From positions 116,932,001 to 116,996,000 of the forward strand of contig NC_058368.1 of the NCBI RefSeq assembly GCF_018350175.1: 64,000 nucleotides of DNA. The letters are read 5' to 3'. This DNA is from Felis catus (lineage: Eukaryota). Of the stretch, positions 1 to 19,039 are shown piece by piece (position 1 is the first letter of the stretch; each line of letters begins with the position of its first letter). The notes beneath the pieces are model-generated. The model made no database searches. It saw only the letters and a program-made list of their open reading frames with translations, and was not told the DNA's origin. Both the position numbers and the translations under genes were made by a program.

Positions 1-1009
1 CCAATTATTAATGTTAGTTTAATATTTTGAAATAATATTATTAAAGTGCAATTTAAGGAACTAAAAATACTAATTAAAATCTAATACCTATTTCACCAAT
101 TAATTTCTCTTTCTCTCAACAATTAATGTTCAAACTCCTTCTGCTTTCCCCCTTAAAAACAGCCCTCAAGTCATCATGAAGTTTGAAAAAATTCTTACTT
201 TTGTTTTAAAACAAGTGAGAGTATTCAAAACTTCAGAGTATGGATTTTGCATTTTGAATTTTCCATCTACTGGTATTCAAATACCTTTAAAATGATTTTT
301 ACCTTTTCTTCAATGAAATTTAAAGGTCTTGCCTATATTTTACCAGGGAGATATTAAAACTATTCTCTCTCTCTTTGTATACTCAAAATGGAAAAAATAC
401 TTTAAATGTCATATTTCAGGTCCTGCAAAAGTTGTGTAAATTGTTGTATGAATCCTTCAGAATGGATAATGCAACTTTCCTGACTGGAATAGAATGGTTT
501 TTTGGGTGATCATTATTTATATCATTAACTCCTCCTCCATGCAGGGAAAATACAATAGTCTGTTTTTAAATTTAGCAGTTTATTTGGGGGGAATAATCTA
601 TGATGTAATATGTTAGACAGTCCTTTTAGGCCATCTTTCTTGATTTTAACTTCACATACTAGTAACATTTCAAAAGAGCATACATAGATATCTTTTTCTC
701 CAATAATTAAGGCTATAGGGAATTCATTAAATATGTCATTCTTAATTTTTACTTTTTACCTAATTAATGGTCACAACAAAGCACTACTAGTTTCCCCTCC
801 AATTCCTAAGTTTTGTAAGCACCTCTTTTTGCTGGTTTCTAACTCTAAAGGAAGACAGACCATCTTGAAGATAGTCATCTTAGGTTAACTACAAACTTGA
901 ACATAAATATATCTCACCTATGATGTCTATGTACCCAAGACTTAAATTTGGATCTACATTATCTAAAAAGTTGCCCACTTCTCCAATTCCACTTATGTAG
1001 ATAAGAGAA

Positions 1010-1200
1010 TAGATTCTGGAGCCACACACAAACAACAGTTTGAATCCCAGCTCTGCCATTTCATATGATGTGTGATTATGGGTAGGTTATTTAAACCTAA
1101 ATTTCTTCATCTATAAAATGCAGATGATAAGAGTGTCCACCTCATAAGGTTGTTGGGAGATAAAATGAATTAATATATGTAATTGCTTAGAGTATTACAT
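1010..1200 (+). mobile_element. MIR SINE relic
   Basis: tttgaatcccagctctgccattt ... tttcttcatctataaaatg ... cctcataaggttgttgggagataaaatga, the typical MIR core. Confidence 0.75.
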
Positions 1201-1830
1201 AGAATGGCATATAGAGACACATTTGTGTTAATATTATCTAGATTTCATTTGCTTTGGATTGACAAAAGGAACTGAAAAGAGCTGGTTTGCAACACTGTTT
1301 GAATGTCAACAAATAGGAATAAGCAAATGAAATATAGTTTCAGATTTGTTCTGAACACTTTAATTTGAATCTAACTAGAACTTCATTATTATATTGTATA
1401 CAATTTGCTCTTTGTTTTGCCCAGGATATTTGTTTTCCATTTATATCTAAAATAATATTCTTGCTTTTTATTCTTTTCAGTATTTATTTCACTTAATGTT
1501 CATATATATATTGTATCTCCTCTGATTTGCCTTAAATGTAAAAGAATTCTAAAGTGTATTAATGTTATTATTGCCAATGCTGTATCTCTTATAGGAATTC
1601 ATTAATAGAACTAGACTCAAAGTAAATTTAATTGAATAGTACTTAGCATGTACTATACCCTCATCTCTGAGAATTCTATATTTATTTTCAGACATGTTCA
1701 TAGCTGCATATATGATCTGGCAATAATCTTACATATATAGAAACATGATCATTAGAGTGGATTAATTTATTTATTCAACTGATATTTTTTAATGATCACC
1801 ATAATCCAGGCTTCTTTCAAAAATATTTTT

Positions 1831-1844
1831 TAGGTTTATTTATT

Positions 1845-1881
<37 letters not shown>

Positions 1882-2030
1882 ACGAACAAGGGAGAAGTGG
1901 AGACAGAGAGAGAGAATCCCAAGCAGACTCTGCACTCACAGTACAGAGCCCAATGCGGGGCTTGAGCTCCCAAATCGAATCACCACCTGAACCAAAATCA
2001 AGTGTCAGACACTTAACCAAGGTGCCCCCC
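1831..2030 (-). mobile_element. Can-SINE (SINEC_Fc family) with (AG)n tract
   Basis: Reverse-complement SINEC body; TSD aaaatattttt at 1820-1830 and 2031-2041. Confidence 0.85.
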
Positions 2031-3210
2031 AAAATATTTTTATAATACTTTCTGTCACTAACAGAATCTAAGATTATCATGCTTTTAAAATAACTCATTC
2101 TACATGAATTATAATTTATTAAGTTAATTAAGTAATTAAATAAAATGACAGGATATTTAAGGAGGGGAAATCCTGTATGTGCCAAGATAGATGGCACTCC
2201 ACTTAATATACTAATTGTAACCAACAAACTGGTTAACTGTATCTCAGTTAACTTACTGTATCAGGGCAATTACAATAGCTGCACACTGTGCTGGAACCCA
2301 TTTTATAAATACGTTTCTTCTCTTTATGATATATGAATAGACAAGGCCTGAGGCACCCTTTGTTCACAGATTAAAATGTTTTAAATCAAGATTTCCTATC
2401 CACCCCCCACCCCGCAGTGAGTTGGTTGAAGAATATAGTATCTGGGATACAAAGGATGAATGTGCTAAGAAGCAAACATAAAATATAGATATCTATCTAA
2501 CAAAGTAAGCTTAAACTTAAACCCTTTATCTTAACAAAATATTATGATTTTTATTCACTTGATTTTGTCTTTATATTATCCTGCTAATAGTCAAGTAGAG
2601 TAATCAAATCCTATACCCTTCAGTTTCCTTATCGATAAAACTCCTTTCATTTACTCTCCAAGTCTATTACTTGGAGAGAATAGAATCAAATTCTAATACG
2701 TTTTTATTCCTTCTTAATTTAATGTGGGTTCACACTGTAAAAGGATTCATAACAAATCAAGATCCCTCTTCATTCAACTATATTACTGTTTGTACCAGTG
2801 TAGCGACATAGAAACTTTCCTTTGAAAAATAGTCTCCCTGAGACCTTGTGATGCAGAACACCTTAACAAGCTTTTGCATCATCATTAATTGCTCCATACT
2901 TGGAAATAAACAAATGTAACTATTATGAATTATAATTTTATGAGAATTTATCTCCCCTGGTTAGATTATGCAAAGGGAAAATGGAATTCTTTGAAGTTAC
3001 ACTGATTAGAATGTGGGGAGATCAGGGTATCCTCCTGCTTTGTGCTCACAATTACTCTAGCTCATGCAATATAATGAAGTAACCTTATATATTATGCAAT
3101 TGGATGGAATAAAAAGGTTTGTAAAAGTTATATACACCTTAAAAAATAGTTTACATTTGGACCCTTAACAAAATATGCTTTGACTTGAAAATATTAATTT
3201 CCCAATCAAG

Positions 3211-3235
3211 ACGCAGGGTGGCGCTGCAGGCTAAG
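3211..3235 (+). promoter_or_regulatory. Pcdh promoter CSE / CTCF site of PCDHB4
   Basis: acgcagggtggcgctgcaggctaag; CGCT box at 3222, 250 nt upstream of the ATG. Confidence 0.88.
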
Positions 3236-3381
3236 AGTGTGAATAAAGAGCTGTAAAAAGCTCCGTATTCCTTTGTTGCAAAAAGGAATCAAATACACGG
3301 AAGAAGCTTTGCCAGCCATACTGGGTTACCAGCGAGTTTGGGCTGGGATAAACGAATTTAAGATTAAAGGCAACTTTATGA

Positions 3382-5859
<2,478 letters not shown>

Positions 5860-7501
5860 GGATTGTATTTGGTCAAGTCAGCCTCTCCTTAATTTTGGTC
5901 AACCTAACTCCCATTGCAACACCTTTCTTTTAAAAAAAATTTGTTGTCTAAATATGTACACCTCTTTTCCAACCTATGCGTGTCCCTGATTGTGCCAAAT
6001 TTTTCTCCTTTTATTAATATTCATTGGACTTGGCATTTTAAAACTGATTAAGTATGTATATTCTCCATATTTGACCTTCTCTTGGTGATTAATCTTTCCA
6101 TAACTATAAATTACTCAAGTAGCATAAGAAGAAATTTTATTTAAATCGACTTCTTAATGTCCTAAAGCTTTTATGTAATTATGCATTTCTCTATATTTGT
6201 GGTGTTTGTCTTTACCATTAACTTTATCTGTAGAGTGTTTGAAATACCTAGGCTTTGTTCATTGCTCTCCAGGCTCCTCCCTGAATAACCATAAGCATAT
6301 AACTTATTTGTTTCTCTCAGATTGTACATAAACATGCACTTCCATTAAAATATTAATACACTAAAATTGTGACTTTCTGTTGTGCACACCATGTATGCTA
6401 GAATTTAAAAAATGTATTTGATCGATACTTACATGGTACACTGTATGTATTCCATAAATACTAATAATAAATTTTAAAAATTATTCTCATAAATAATTGA
6501 AGAGAAAATCTTCCATAATTTGGTATCAGGTTCACTAAACAAAACTAAGTCACTACTTGGTAAAATCCTTTATAACTATTTCAGAACCTTAAATACACCT
6601 TAGATCCTTTCAAAGGATGCAAAACAGGAAAGGCATCATTACTTCCTTGTCCTTCCTTTTCCTCTGTAAATAAAAGTTCAAGTATAATGTATATTTCTTT
6701 TGGTTTTCCTGCAGCTTCTCCTCACCTTTCAAAAGAAAGAATTTCTTCTGAGTTTCTCTTATCCTATTCAGGTTTGATTATTGGCTGGTACAAGATTTTC
6801 ACTTTAAATTACTTTGCAGACATGAACATCCGTTATCAACCAAATAATTATTTACCTTTGATGTCCAAGTTATCTTCTCTTCAATGTAGCTTTGAGGTAT
6901 TTTATTTCAATTTATCAGTTTTATGTTAAACTTTCATTGTAGGAAATAAGCATTATTTTGCCATTTTGGACAATAAGAACAGAAATAGAAATTAAATAAG
7001 AATGAACTTATCTTAAGTGTCATTGTTTTATGTTGTGTTCAGTAAGCCTAGTAAGCTGATCATGTGGTTTCCAACTAAATTTATATGGACATAAGTATAA
7101 GACCTCTTAGTTGAACTTTTGGTACAATGTGAGCAATTAAAGAGTCTGTTTCATAGTCTAAATATTTTTAAATCTCATGGGTCATTCTATGGAATTTAAT
7201 TACTTGTACTTATTAACCTTGAATTACTTTTTTCTCTAAGGGTAAAGTGACATAAAAAGGGGAATTACTGGTTAAGTTATTCTTGAAACATAACTTTTAG
7301 CCTTCATCCAGTCTAAAAATTGAAATGAGAAAGCAATAAAAATGAGAACAAAATTAAGCACAAGTATATATGGACATAAATTTGGTAGTCAACTTTAACA
7401 ACTACTGATTAGCTATTATATGAATAGCTTTGTGTATGGTGACAAGAAATCTGAGTGAAGCTTTCACCAGTGTATTTCACCATTATGAAAATCCAAGTTG
7501 A

Positions 7502-7504
<3 letters not shown>

Positions 7505-7542
<38 letters not shown>
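7505..7542. repeat. (CT)n microsatellite
   Basis: Direct reading. Confidence 0.9.
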
Positions 7543-7544
<2 letters not shown>

Positions 7545-8726
7545 TTTATGTCACAAAATTCCCAATTGTATAATTGCCCAAATGAGACTGGCTAAATAAA
7601 CACCCAGAACCCACCTTTATGATTTTGTAGGTAAATTTGTGAATTACTTTGTATATTATTTTATGGATTTCTGTATGTATTCATAAAGCACAGATCATTC
7701 CTTACATAAAGCATAGGTCATTCCTTACACCAGACTTTGAAAATCAGTCATTACAATTTAGTAGTAAATATGATCCAAATAACTTGCACAAATGCCTACA
7801 TTATGAAAAATTGGCCAGTTCTATTGTTGCAAAACAAAAATAAAGAATGGAGGCCAAATATCTTGATAACATTGTTCATTTCAATTCTATGTTTCTCACA
7901 TGTTTCTGTTATAAGTGCATACTTTTCCCAGTGTTATTGATAAATAATTGAGAAATAATTTCATTATTAATAATAATAATAATTTTCATTGATAAATAAT
8001 TTACAGCACTGTAAATTTAAGGTGTACAGCATGATGCTTTGAATTACACATAATGTGAAATGATTACCATAATAGGTTCAGCTAACTTCTATGTTATACA
8101 TACATCTTTTACAGTTACTTTACTGTTTTTAGGCACAGCATATAGTCAGTTTAACATATGCTGTTTTGGGGGCAGAAATTTTACTGAAGGCATTGTATAG
8201 GACTTTACAACCACTTTAAGGACCCCTCTTCCTTTATTACCAAAGTTACAAAATACAGATTTTAAAAAGCCTGAGGTTAAAAGTTATACACTTATTTGGT
8301 GGAATTCTGCTTACAGGTAGACTGGATGTATTATCTAACAGCAGAAACAACCACAAAAACTCATTAAAATTCAGAAATTATCTGTTTGAAGCAACAGACA
8401 GCAGGTGTTATAATAAGAACAGAAAGGGCTAAGATTTCTGAAAAGGAGAATCCTCTAGTTGTGAACTGACTTCTACAGTTGATTTGCCCTGAGGAAATTT
8501 GTCTTAGAACAGACAAAAGGCTCTTGCTAGGGGTAGAGCACATTCATTAGCCTTCCGCAGACTGGAAGATTCAAGCTCAAGGCCAGTTTTCCCCTCAGGA
8601 TACTTGTCAAACTCAGGGACATTCCATTTAGTCTTTTAGAAGACTAAAAACCTAAGTAAAAAAAAAAATCTCTGAATAGCAGAGTGCACTTTTGATAGTC
8701 TTGATGCATCAAGATTAGGGTTTAGA

Positions 8727-8943
8727 GGGGCGCCTGGGTGGCGCAGTCGGTTAAGCATCCGACTTTGGCTCAGGTCATGATCTTGAGGTCCGTGAGTTCA
8801 AGCCCCATGTCCGGCTCTGTGCTCACTGCTCAGAGCCTGGAGCCTGTTTCCGATTCTGTGTCTCCCTCTCTCTCTGCCCCTCCCCCGTTCATGCTCTGTC
8901 TCTCTCTGTCCCAAAAAAAAACAAATAAACGTTGAAAAAAAAA
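8727..8943 (+). mobile_element. Young SINEC_Fc
   Basis: ggggcgcctgggtggcgcagtcggttaag...(CT) tract, poly-A; 16-bp TSD aagattagggtttaga at 8711-8726 and 8944-8959. Confidence 0.93.
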
Positions 8944-9338
8944 AAGATTAGGGTTTAGAAACTGCCATGGGAAGGGACTGTGGACAATACACTAAGTTCT
9001 GAACTGGTAATGCTGGAGGGTTAGGTGTTATTAGGACTGCAAAGCAGCTTGACTAATTACAGTGCCTGTTTGGATTAAGGAAATTGGATTTTACATGATT
9101 CAAGTTAATGGGAAAAGGTGAACTCTTTTTGGAAAAAGATAATATCATCTGGATCCTGGACAGCTTTTTACATAAATATTGAGAATTCAATAAAAAAACT
9201 ACTAGGAAGACATACAAAAAACTGGTTGACATGAAAAAAACCTAGAGAAAAAACAGACAATACAAACAGATACTAGAATTTACTGACAATGATGTTAAAA
9301 TAAGTATGACTAATAGATTGTAAAGAATAGAGAAAATA

Positions 9339-9560
9339 GGGGCACCTGGGTGTCTCAGTCGGTTAAGTGTCTGACTTCAGCTCAGGTCATGATCTCACAC
9401 TCTGTGAGTTTGAGCCCCGCGTCAGGCTCTGTGCTGACAGCTCGGAGCCTGGAGCCTGCTTCAGCTTCTGAGTCTCCCTCTCTCTCTTCCCCTCCTCTGC
9501 TTATGCTGTGTCTCTCTCTGTCTCAAAAATAAATAAAAACATTTTTAAAAATTTAAAAAA
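9339..9560 (+). mobile_element. Can-SINE
   Basis: SINEC body; TSD aaagaatagagaaaa at 9322-9336 and 9561-9575. Confidence 0.9.
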
Positions 9561-9774
9561 AAAGAATAGAGAAAACAAAAAAGAATTTCACCAGAGAATT
9601 GATATTTAAAATAGAAATTCATTACAGAACAGAAAAATATAATATCTGAAATTAAAAGCTATTAAGGTAGTTTATGACTTAGTAGATATAAAGGAATACA
9701 GGATTAATGAAAGACAGGCCAATATAAAATATCCAAAAAGCAGCATAGGAAAAAATATTGAAAAATACAGAAAC

Positions 9775-10100
9775 ATATATGGCCTTTTGTTGCTACGTGG
9801 ATGGAACTGGAGTGTTATGCTAAGTGAAATAAGTCATACAGAGAAAGATACCATATGTTTTCACTCTTATGTGGATACTGAGAAACTTAACAGAAGACCA
9901 TGGGGGAGTGGAAGGGGGAAAAAATACAGAGAGGGAAGGAGGCAAACCATAAGAGACTCTTAAAAACTGAGAATAAACTGTTGGGGGGTGGGAGGTAGGG
10001 GAAAGTGGATGATGGACAATGAGGAGGGCACCTGTTGGGATGAGCACTGGGTTTTGTATGGAAACCAATTTGACAATAAATTTCATATAAAAAAGAAAGA
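9775..10100 (+). mobile_element. 5'-truncated carnivore/felid L1 3' end (L1_Fc-like)
   Basis: gtggatggaactggag ... gaaacttaacagaagaccatggggg ... ggatgagcactggg ... ggaaaccaatttgacaataaatttcatat followed by an A-rich tail. Confidence 0.85.
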
Positions 10101-10298
10101 AAGATACAGAAAAGAACATAATTGACAAGTGAAACATAATGAAAAACTCTAATATACATAGGACTGTAATCCTAAAAGGAGAAGAGATACTAGGAATGGA
10201 GAATAAGCAATGTTTGAAGAGATAATGACGAAGAATTTGTACAAATCCTTCATCACTCAAAATGCTCAGGGAAACCCAGTCAATAGAAATAAAATACA

Positions 10299-10467
10299 GG
10301 GGCACCTGGGTGGCTCAGTTGGTTAAGACTCTGACTTTGGCTCAGGTCATGATCTTATGGTTCGGTTCATGAGTTCCAGCTCCATGTTGGGCTCTGTGCT
10401 GACAGGTCAGAGCCTGGAGCCTGCTTCAGATTCTGTGTCTCCTCTCTCTGCCCCTCCCATGCTCCCA

Positions 10468-10500
<33 letters not shown>

Positions 10501-10535
10501 TTCTCAAAAATAAACATTAAAAATTTTTTAAAAAG
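10299..10535 (+). mobile_element. Can-SINE
   Basis: TSD agaaataaaataca at 10285-10298 and 10536-10549. Confidence 0.9.
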
Positions 10536-11348
10536 AGAAATAAAATACAAAATACAACTAGGAAATATCATAGGAAAACTGCTGAAGACCAGCGTCAAGG
10601 AGAAAATCTTAAAAGCAACCACATAAAAATGACACATTACTCTTAAAGGAGCAACAATAAAATGGAGAGCTGGCTTTTCAACATAAATCATGAAACCAAA
10701 AGACAAAGAAATGAGGTCTTTAAGGTCGTGGGAAAAAGAAACCAGATTAGCACTCTTCTATCATCAGAAAATATCCTTCAAAAATAAAGTTTTCAAACAG
10801 ATAAAAACCAAGAGAATTAATCATAGTCACATTTGCACCAAAACAAATGTTTTTAGTAGAATTCACTGGGTAGAGGGAGAACAGTCCTAAAGGAATCAGA
10901 CTTGCAGGAAGAAACGAAGAGCAACAGGAAGAATAAATATAAATTAATATTGATTATACGAGGCAAAAACAGTTTCTTAAAAGATTTAAAATGTATACAA
11001 GATTTAAATTCATGACAACAATAATGTAAAGGGGAAGATGATATAGATACAGTCAATGAGTTCTAAGGTTCTAAGAATGATCATGGAAGTAGTAAAATTA
11101 AAAAGTTTGTGTCAGACTCTTGTAGATCAAAGACACATGCTTTAATCTGTAGGATAATTACTACAAAATTAACTAAAAAACTAACTGAAGGAAAATGAAA
11201 AATAACAAATATCTGAATAGTCTAAAAATAACAAAACTTTAGGGACAAATAGAAAAAAATAGATGGTAAATATAAATAATTATCAAATATTACATCAATC
11301 GTGATTAGATTAAATAATCAATTAAACAACCAAAAGTTTTCAGACTGT

Positions 11349-11547
11349 GGGGCGCCTGGGTGACAGTTAGTTGGTTAAGCATCTGACTCCTGATTTCCAC
11401 TCCAGTCATGATCTCAATGTTTATGAGTTTGAGCGACATGTCAGGCTGTGTGCTGACAGTGCAGAGCCTGCTTGGGATTCTGTCTCTCCCTTTCCCTGAC
11501 CCTCCCCGCTTGTGCTCTTTCTCTCTCTCTAAATAAACTTTAAAAAA
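11349..11547 (+). mobile_element. Can-SINE
   Basis: ggggcgcctgggtgacagttagttggttaagcatctgactc... with CT tract and A-rich tail. Confidence 0.85.
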
Positions 11548-12023
11548 TGACATGATTGTACATATAAAAAGTCATAAAGAATCTCTTGATGATTAGGCTT
11601 AATAAATAAACTAGTTAGCAATTCCACTGGTTATAAGGTAGCATAAAATATAAATTGTATTTCTGATAGCAACAAAAATCCTAAAATTAAAAATTTTAAG
11701 TATAATTTACAATAGTTTAAAAAATATCAATTATCTAGAAACTAACAGAATATGTGTAAGACTTATATACTGAAAAACTATAAAATATTGAGAAAGGTTA
11801 AAGATCTAAATAAATAGAGGATATATAATTTTCAATAGTTGGAAGACTCAATGTTGGGAATATGTCAATTATCCCCAGTCTATAGATGGAATAAAATTCT
11901 AAACAAAATTTCAGCAGATTTCTTTGTAAAAATTGACAGGCCAAATCTAGAGATTATATAGAAATGCAAAGGGACAAGAAGAACCAAAACAATCTTGAAG
12001 AAAAAGAATGAAAGTGGAGGACT

Positions 12024-12120
12024 TATTTATTAAGTAATTTCTATACCTGACATGGGGCCTGAACTCACAACCCTGAGATCAAGAGTCACAAGCTTTTCTG
12101 ACAGACCCAGCCAGATGCCC
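12024..12120 (-). mobile_element. Short older Can-SINE
   Basis: ggggcctgaactcacaaccctgagatcaagagtcac...ccagatgcccc. Confidence 0.7.
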
Positions 12121-12465
12121 CAATAATAATGACTATTATAAAGCTATAGTAATTAAGAAAATATGGTATTGCAGGATAAATTAAGGGAAAAATGGAAAGA
12201 AGAGTCTTGAATACACCTATGGTCACCTGACTTATAACAAAAATGACACTTCAAAAACAAAGGGGAATGAAACTTCTCAAAAGATAGTGCAAAATCTGGA
12301 TATTTTTATGAAAAATGATGTAACCCTAACTTCATAGGAAAAAAATTCTGGAATACTATAGCTCTACATGTGAAAGGTAAAGCAATTGATTTTTCAAAAA
12401 CGCCATACAAGAATATTTCCATGACCTTGAGATGTGCAAACGTTTCAAGAGAACACAAAAAAGTG

Positions 12466-12660
12466 TTTTTTTAATGTTTATTTATTTTGAGAGAGAGAGT
12501 GAGTGCAGGAGTGGGTGGGGGGGTGCAGAGAGAGAAGAGAGAATTCCAAGCAGACTCCATGCCCAGCATGGATCCGGACTAGGGGCTCATTCCAACAGAC
12601 CATGAGATCATGACCTGAACCAAAAACAAGAGTGGGATACTTAACTGATTGAGCCAACCC
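12466..12660 (-). mobile_element. Can-SINE
   Basis: Reverse SINEC body flanked by gaacacaaaaa(a)agt repeats. Confidence 0.82.
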
Positions 12661-13464
12661 AAGAACACAAAAAGTCTTAAAACCATAAATTAAAAAATAT
12701 TGATAAATTAGACTAAAAATAAGAAGTTTTGTTCATCAAAGATAGCACAAGAGAACTAAAATGCAAGCCATAGAGTAGGAGAAGATATTTGCCATACTTA
12801 CTTCTGAAAAAGTGCTTATACTCAATATAATAAGGAACTTCTAAAGATTGATAAGAAAAAAAGGCAAATGCCCTAAATAGATAGACCAAAGACAAGCACT
12901 TCACAAGAATGTGTCCTAATAACCATTAACCTTGTGAAAAAAAGTGCTCAGTTTAATTAATCAAGGAATTGCTAAAGTTACAATATGATATCACTACACA
13001 CTCATCAGAGTGGTTAAAATTAAAAGACAATATCAAGTGTTGACAAGGACATGGAACAACTGGAACTGTCATTCTTTGCTGGTTTTCGTGGAACCACATT
13101 TGTAAACTTTTGCAATATCTGTTAAAGCTAAATATATATTCATGTCTTATAACACAGAAGTCTAACTCGTAGGAATATATTCAACATAAATGCTCCCATA
13201 GACACTAAAAGACATGTTCAAGAATGTTCATAGCAGCACTATCCAAAATACCCTCAAACTGGAGCACCCAATCAATTGGAGAATAAACAAATAGTAGTAC
13301 AGTCATACAATAGAATAATATAAAGCACTGAGAATAAAATTAATTAGGATAGTGTGTAACAGATGAATTTTACAAACATAATGTTGAGTAAAAGAAGCCA
13401 AACATAAAAGAGAAATACTCCATAAGTCCATTTGTATAAAAGTTAAAAAAAAAAAAAAAAAAGA

Positions 13465-13690
13465 GGGGTGCCTGGGTGGCTCAGTCGGTTAAGCATATGA
13501 CTTCGGCTCAGGTCACGATCTCGCGGTCCGTGATTTCGAGCCCTGCGTCGGGCTCTGTGCTGACTGCTCAGAGTCTGGAGCCTGTTTCAGATTCTGTGTC
13601 TCCCTCTCTCTCTGACCCTCCCCCGTTCATGCTCTGTCTCTCTCTGTCTCAAAAATAAACGTTAAAAAAAAGTAAAAAAAAAAAAAAAAG
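13465..13690 (+). mobile_element. SINEC_Fc
   Basis: ggggtgcctgggtggctcagtcggttaag...poly-A. Confidence 0.9.
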
Positions 13691-14203
13691 AAACGAATCT
13701 ATGATAATAGAAGTCAGAAGCATGCTTACATTTAGCAGGGAGGGTAATGAGCACACAAAAACAGAAGGGGGCTTCAAGGGTTTTGGTTACAGTTTTAATT
13801 TAGGTTCTACTTTTACAAGTGTGCTCACTTCATGAAAATGTATTGAGTTGTACACTTAGAATGTGTACCCTTTTCTGATATATATTTCAAAATAGTGACT
13901 TTTTAAAAATTGTAAACTTTTGTAAACATCAGTTATCACTTCTTTCTTAAATATAATCAAACCCACAAGAGAAAGTTTCTTCTCAAAATGTATTTTATGA
14001 GGAACACTAATATATCATTTCAGTTTGTTCTGGAAAATGTTCTTTTACTGAAAGCTAACCCAACAGATATTTCTTTCGAACTTCCACTACTTAAGAACTG
14101 GAGAAACGATCGGGCGCACTTCTGTGACTTAAAAGGACATTGGTATGACAGCAGTTATAATTGGGAATGAAATGGCAAATACTATATGCAATAGTAAATA
14201 AGG

Positions 14204-14228
14204 ACGCCTGGTGGCGCTGCAGGCTAGG
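14204..14228 (+). promoter_or_regulatory. CSE / CTCF site of PCDHB5
   Basis: acgcctggtggcgctgcaggctagg; CGCT at 14215, 254 nt upstream of the ATG. Confidence 0.88.
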
Positions 14229-14465
14229 AGTATGAATGAAAAGCTCTGTGACTATGCCGGACGCCATTAAGCTGGGACTCAGAATAATGAATGCTTCCTG
14301 AAAGACGGAAGTATTTTAGGTAAGATCTAGGGGCAGATGTCTTCAGAGAGGACATCATTCTAGGGCGAGTCAGTCAGAAAGATCTAATTCAAGGTTATTT
14401 AACCAAATCATCTGGGTCGACCGTATACAGAGGTGAAGAAACTGCACCACATGAATTTGGTCTGA

Positions 14466-16856
<2,391 letters not shown>

Positions 16857-17349
16857 GGATCTGATCACAATGCCGTGAGTTTTGTCATTTATCTCTAATT
16901 TCCCCAAATACCGAGTTTGAGAGCGTCATGGAGAAAAATCCCACCTTCAGGTATGATTTCCCTGAATTTATCCTTTTCAACTTTATCTTGCCCAATTTTG
17001 GGAAAACTGAATTCTCTGTCACTGCATCTATGTATACACAGTGCCATCCCAAACCTATGCATGCTATTGACTTTCCTAAAATGTTTGCTTTTGATGGTAT
17101 TTGTCAGGATAAGCTGTCTTAATGAAATCAAATACTGTTTTTCTCTGTATTCTGTCCATTCTGTTTCATCACACTGTTTTTGATGCTAAATAGCAAAAAT
17201 AAAAAGGTTTTACATAATTTTATTTTGTTTTCAAAGGAATACATGCAAATGATAATGAATGTACTATGTGAGAAAACTTGACAAAAAGCAACAACAATGT
17301 TCTAACTACTCTTCTTTCCTAGCTTTCATCCATACTGGCAAACATTTTT

Positions 17350-18000
17350 TAAACAATTTTTATTGAATTATGCATACAGAAAAGGCAACGAATCATAATT
17401 TCAATGTGTTTTCAGAAAGTTAACATACTTGGTACCAGCATCTTGGTGGTTAGTAATGAAACGTTGCTAACATTTCAGGTGCCACACAGATTACCCCTTA
17501 AAGTCACTACCAGCCCAAGTATAACAATATCCTGACTCCAATACTATGATTTACTTTTGCCTGTTTTGAATTTATATAATTGGAATAGTAGAGTATGAAC
17601 TGCTTTGTGTCTGGCTGATTTCAGTCAACATTATGTTTATGATATTTGTCCATGACAATGCTTTTAATTTTAGTTTTTCATTCTCATTGCTGTATAGTAT
17701 TCCACTGTATGAATATTTTACAATTTATGACCCATCCCACTATAGACGGATATTTGGGTTGGTGCACAGTTTGCCTGTTTGAATAGTACTACTTTGAACA
17801 TTCTCATACACGTCCTTTGGCAAACATGTATATGCATTTCTGTTGGTATATACCTAGGGGTGAAATTGCTGCTCATTTAGTAAGTACATGTTCCCTTTTT
17901 GTAGATTCTTCCAAATAGTTTCCAAAGTGGTTGTACCAGTTTACACTGCTCTCAGTACTGTCTGGATGTACCAGTTCCTCCATATTTTTGCCAACACTTT
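17350..18000 (-). mobile_element. Old L1 3' end fragment; boundaries approximate
   Basis: Reverse L1M-type 3' UTR motifs (ttcagtcaacattatgtttatgatatttgtccatg; ggatatttgggtt; atacctaggggtgaaattgctg). Confidence 0.7.
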
Positions 18001-19039
18001 CATTTTATCCCATTGGAAAGTACCTTTAAACCTTTTATCTGTAGTCCTTTTTATATTCTTTTTTTATTACTAAAGAGTATGTTTGTAACCTTTTCATAAA
18101 GTCTAAACAATTTCCTTAATTTCCTGCTACTGTTGTCTAGTACCTAGCACACTTAAAACTTCTCTCATTCATCCTTTACATAGAGCTCTGTCACTATTTT
18201 CCAGTACTTCCCTGAACAAGCTGAAACCCTCCATTTATTGTTCATAACAACAGTTCCTTTCATTTACTTGTCTGACAGAAAAAAAATACAATTCTTACTT
18301 TTTTCTCTTACTTCTTTCTCCCTTACACTTTACAACCTCTGTCAAATTAACTTACACTTTTATATAGTCCAGATTGATGACATTTTTACTCTATAACCAT
18401 AGCTAAGAATAGAATTCCCCCTTTGTCTATATATCTGTTGTAGAATCTGAAATCACTATTAAAAATTCACTTTTAATGACCATTATATTATGAATGCCCT
18501 GTAACCAAAGATCACAAGGACACACTGGATCAGAACAAAGCTGAGTTTATTGACTTGTTGTAACAAGGGAGACTGCACATTCTGGGAAAGCTTTGGTCAC
18601 CTTAGTAATAGCTCCTTAAAAAAGTATAAGGCTTGTGTTTGGTAGTTTTGCATAGGGCTCAAGGAAGTAGCCCTGGACTGGAAGCTTCCAGTGAATGGGA
18701 GTAATTCTATTATAGGGTATCTTATTGAATTTTATTCAGGAAATGAGAAGAACAAAGGGAGATTAAAATGTAATTGTTTTTTTAAAAACCAGCATTCAAT
18801 CATAATCAGCCAGGACAGAGTACTCTGGGCATTGTTTTGGTTTATACAATGTTCTTGTTTTTGACTGTGCTCAAGCATGATCATGATGTCATCTTATTGC
18901 AATTTTGTTCCATCTGATCACAATCCCTCTTTAATGATGTTGTTCTGTGAAGTTGTTTATATTCAACAGGAGATCATGGCCTATTTGTGAGTGCCACGCC
19001 AATTCCTATGTATAAGAGACTGATTTTCTCAAAGAATTC

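Larger units (their letters stand above)
8250..13900 (+). mobile_element. Old decayed L1 (L1M-type) interrupted by younger insertions; boundaries approximate
   Basis: A-rich ORF1/ORF2-like relics (e.g. ttggaagactcaatgttgggaatatgtcaatt near 11840) and an L1M-type 3' end near 13700-13900. Confidence 0.65.

Noticed and set aside
8738-8935. Recurrent short ORFs such as MAQSVKHPTLAQV... (8738, 9350, 13476, 24718, 53819)
   Set aside because: Translations of SINEC_Fc elements, not genes.
18480-19030. Possible LTR-like fragment between two L1 pieces
   Set aside because: I could not assign family or termini by eye; it needs RepeatMasker.
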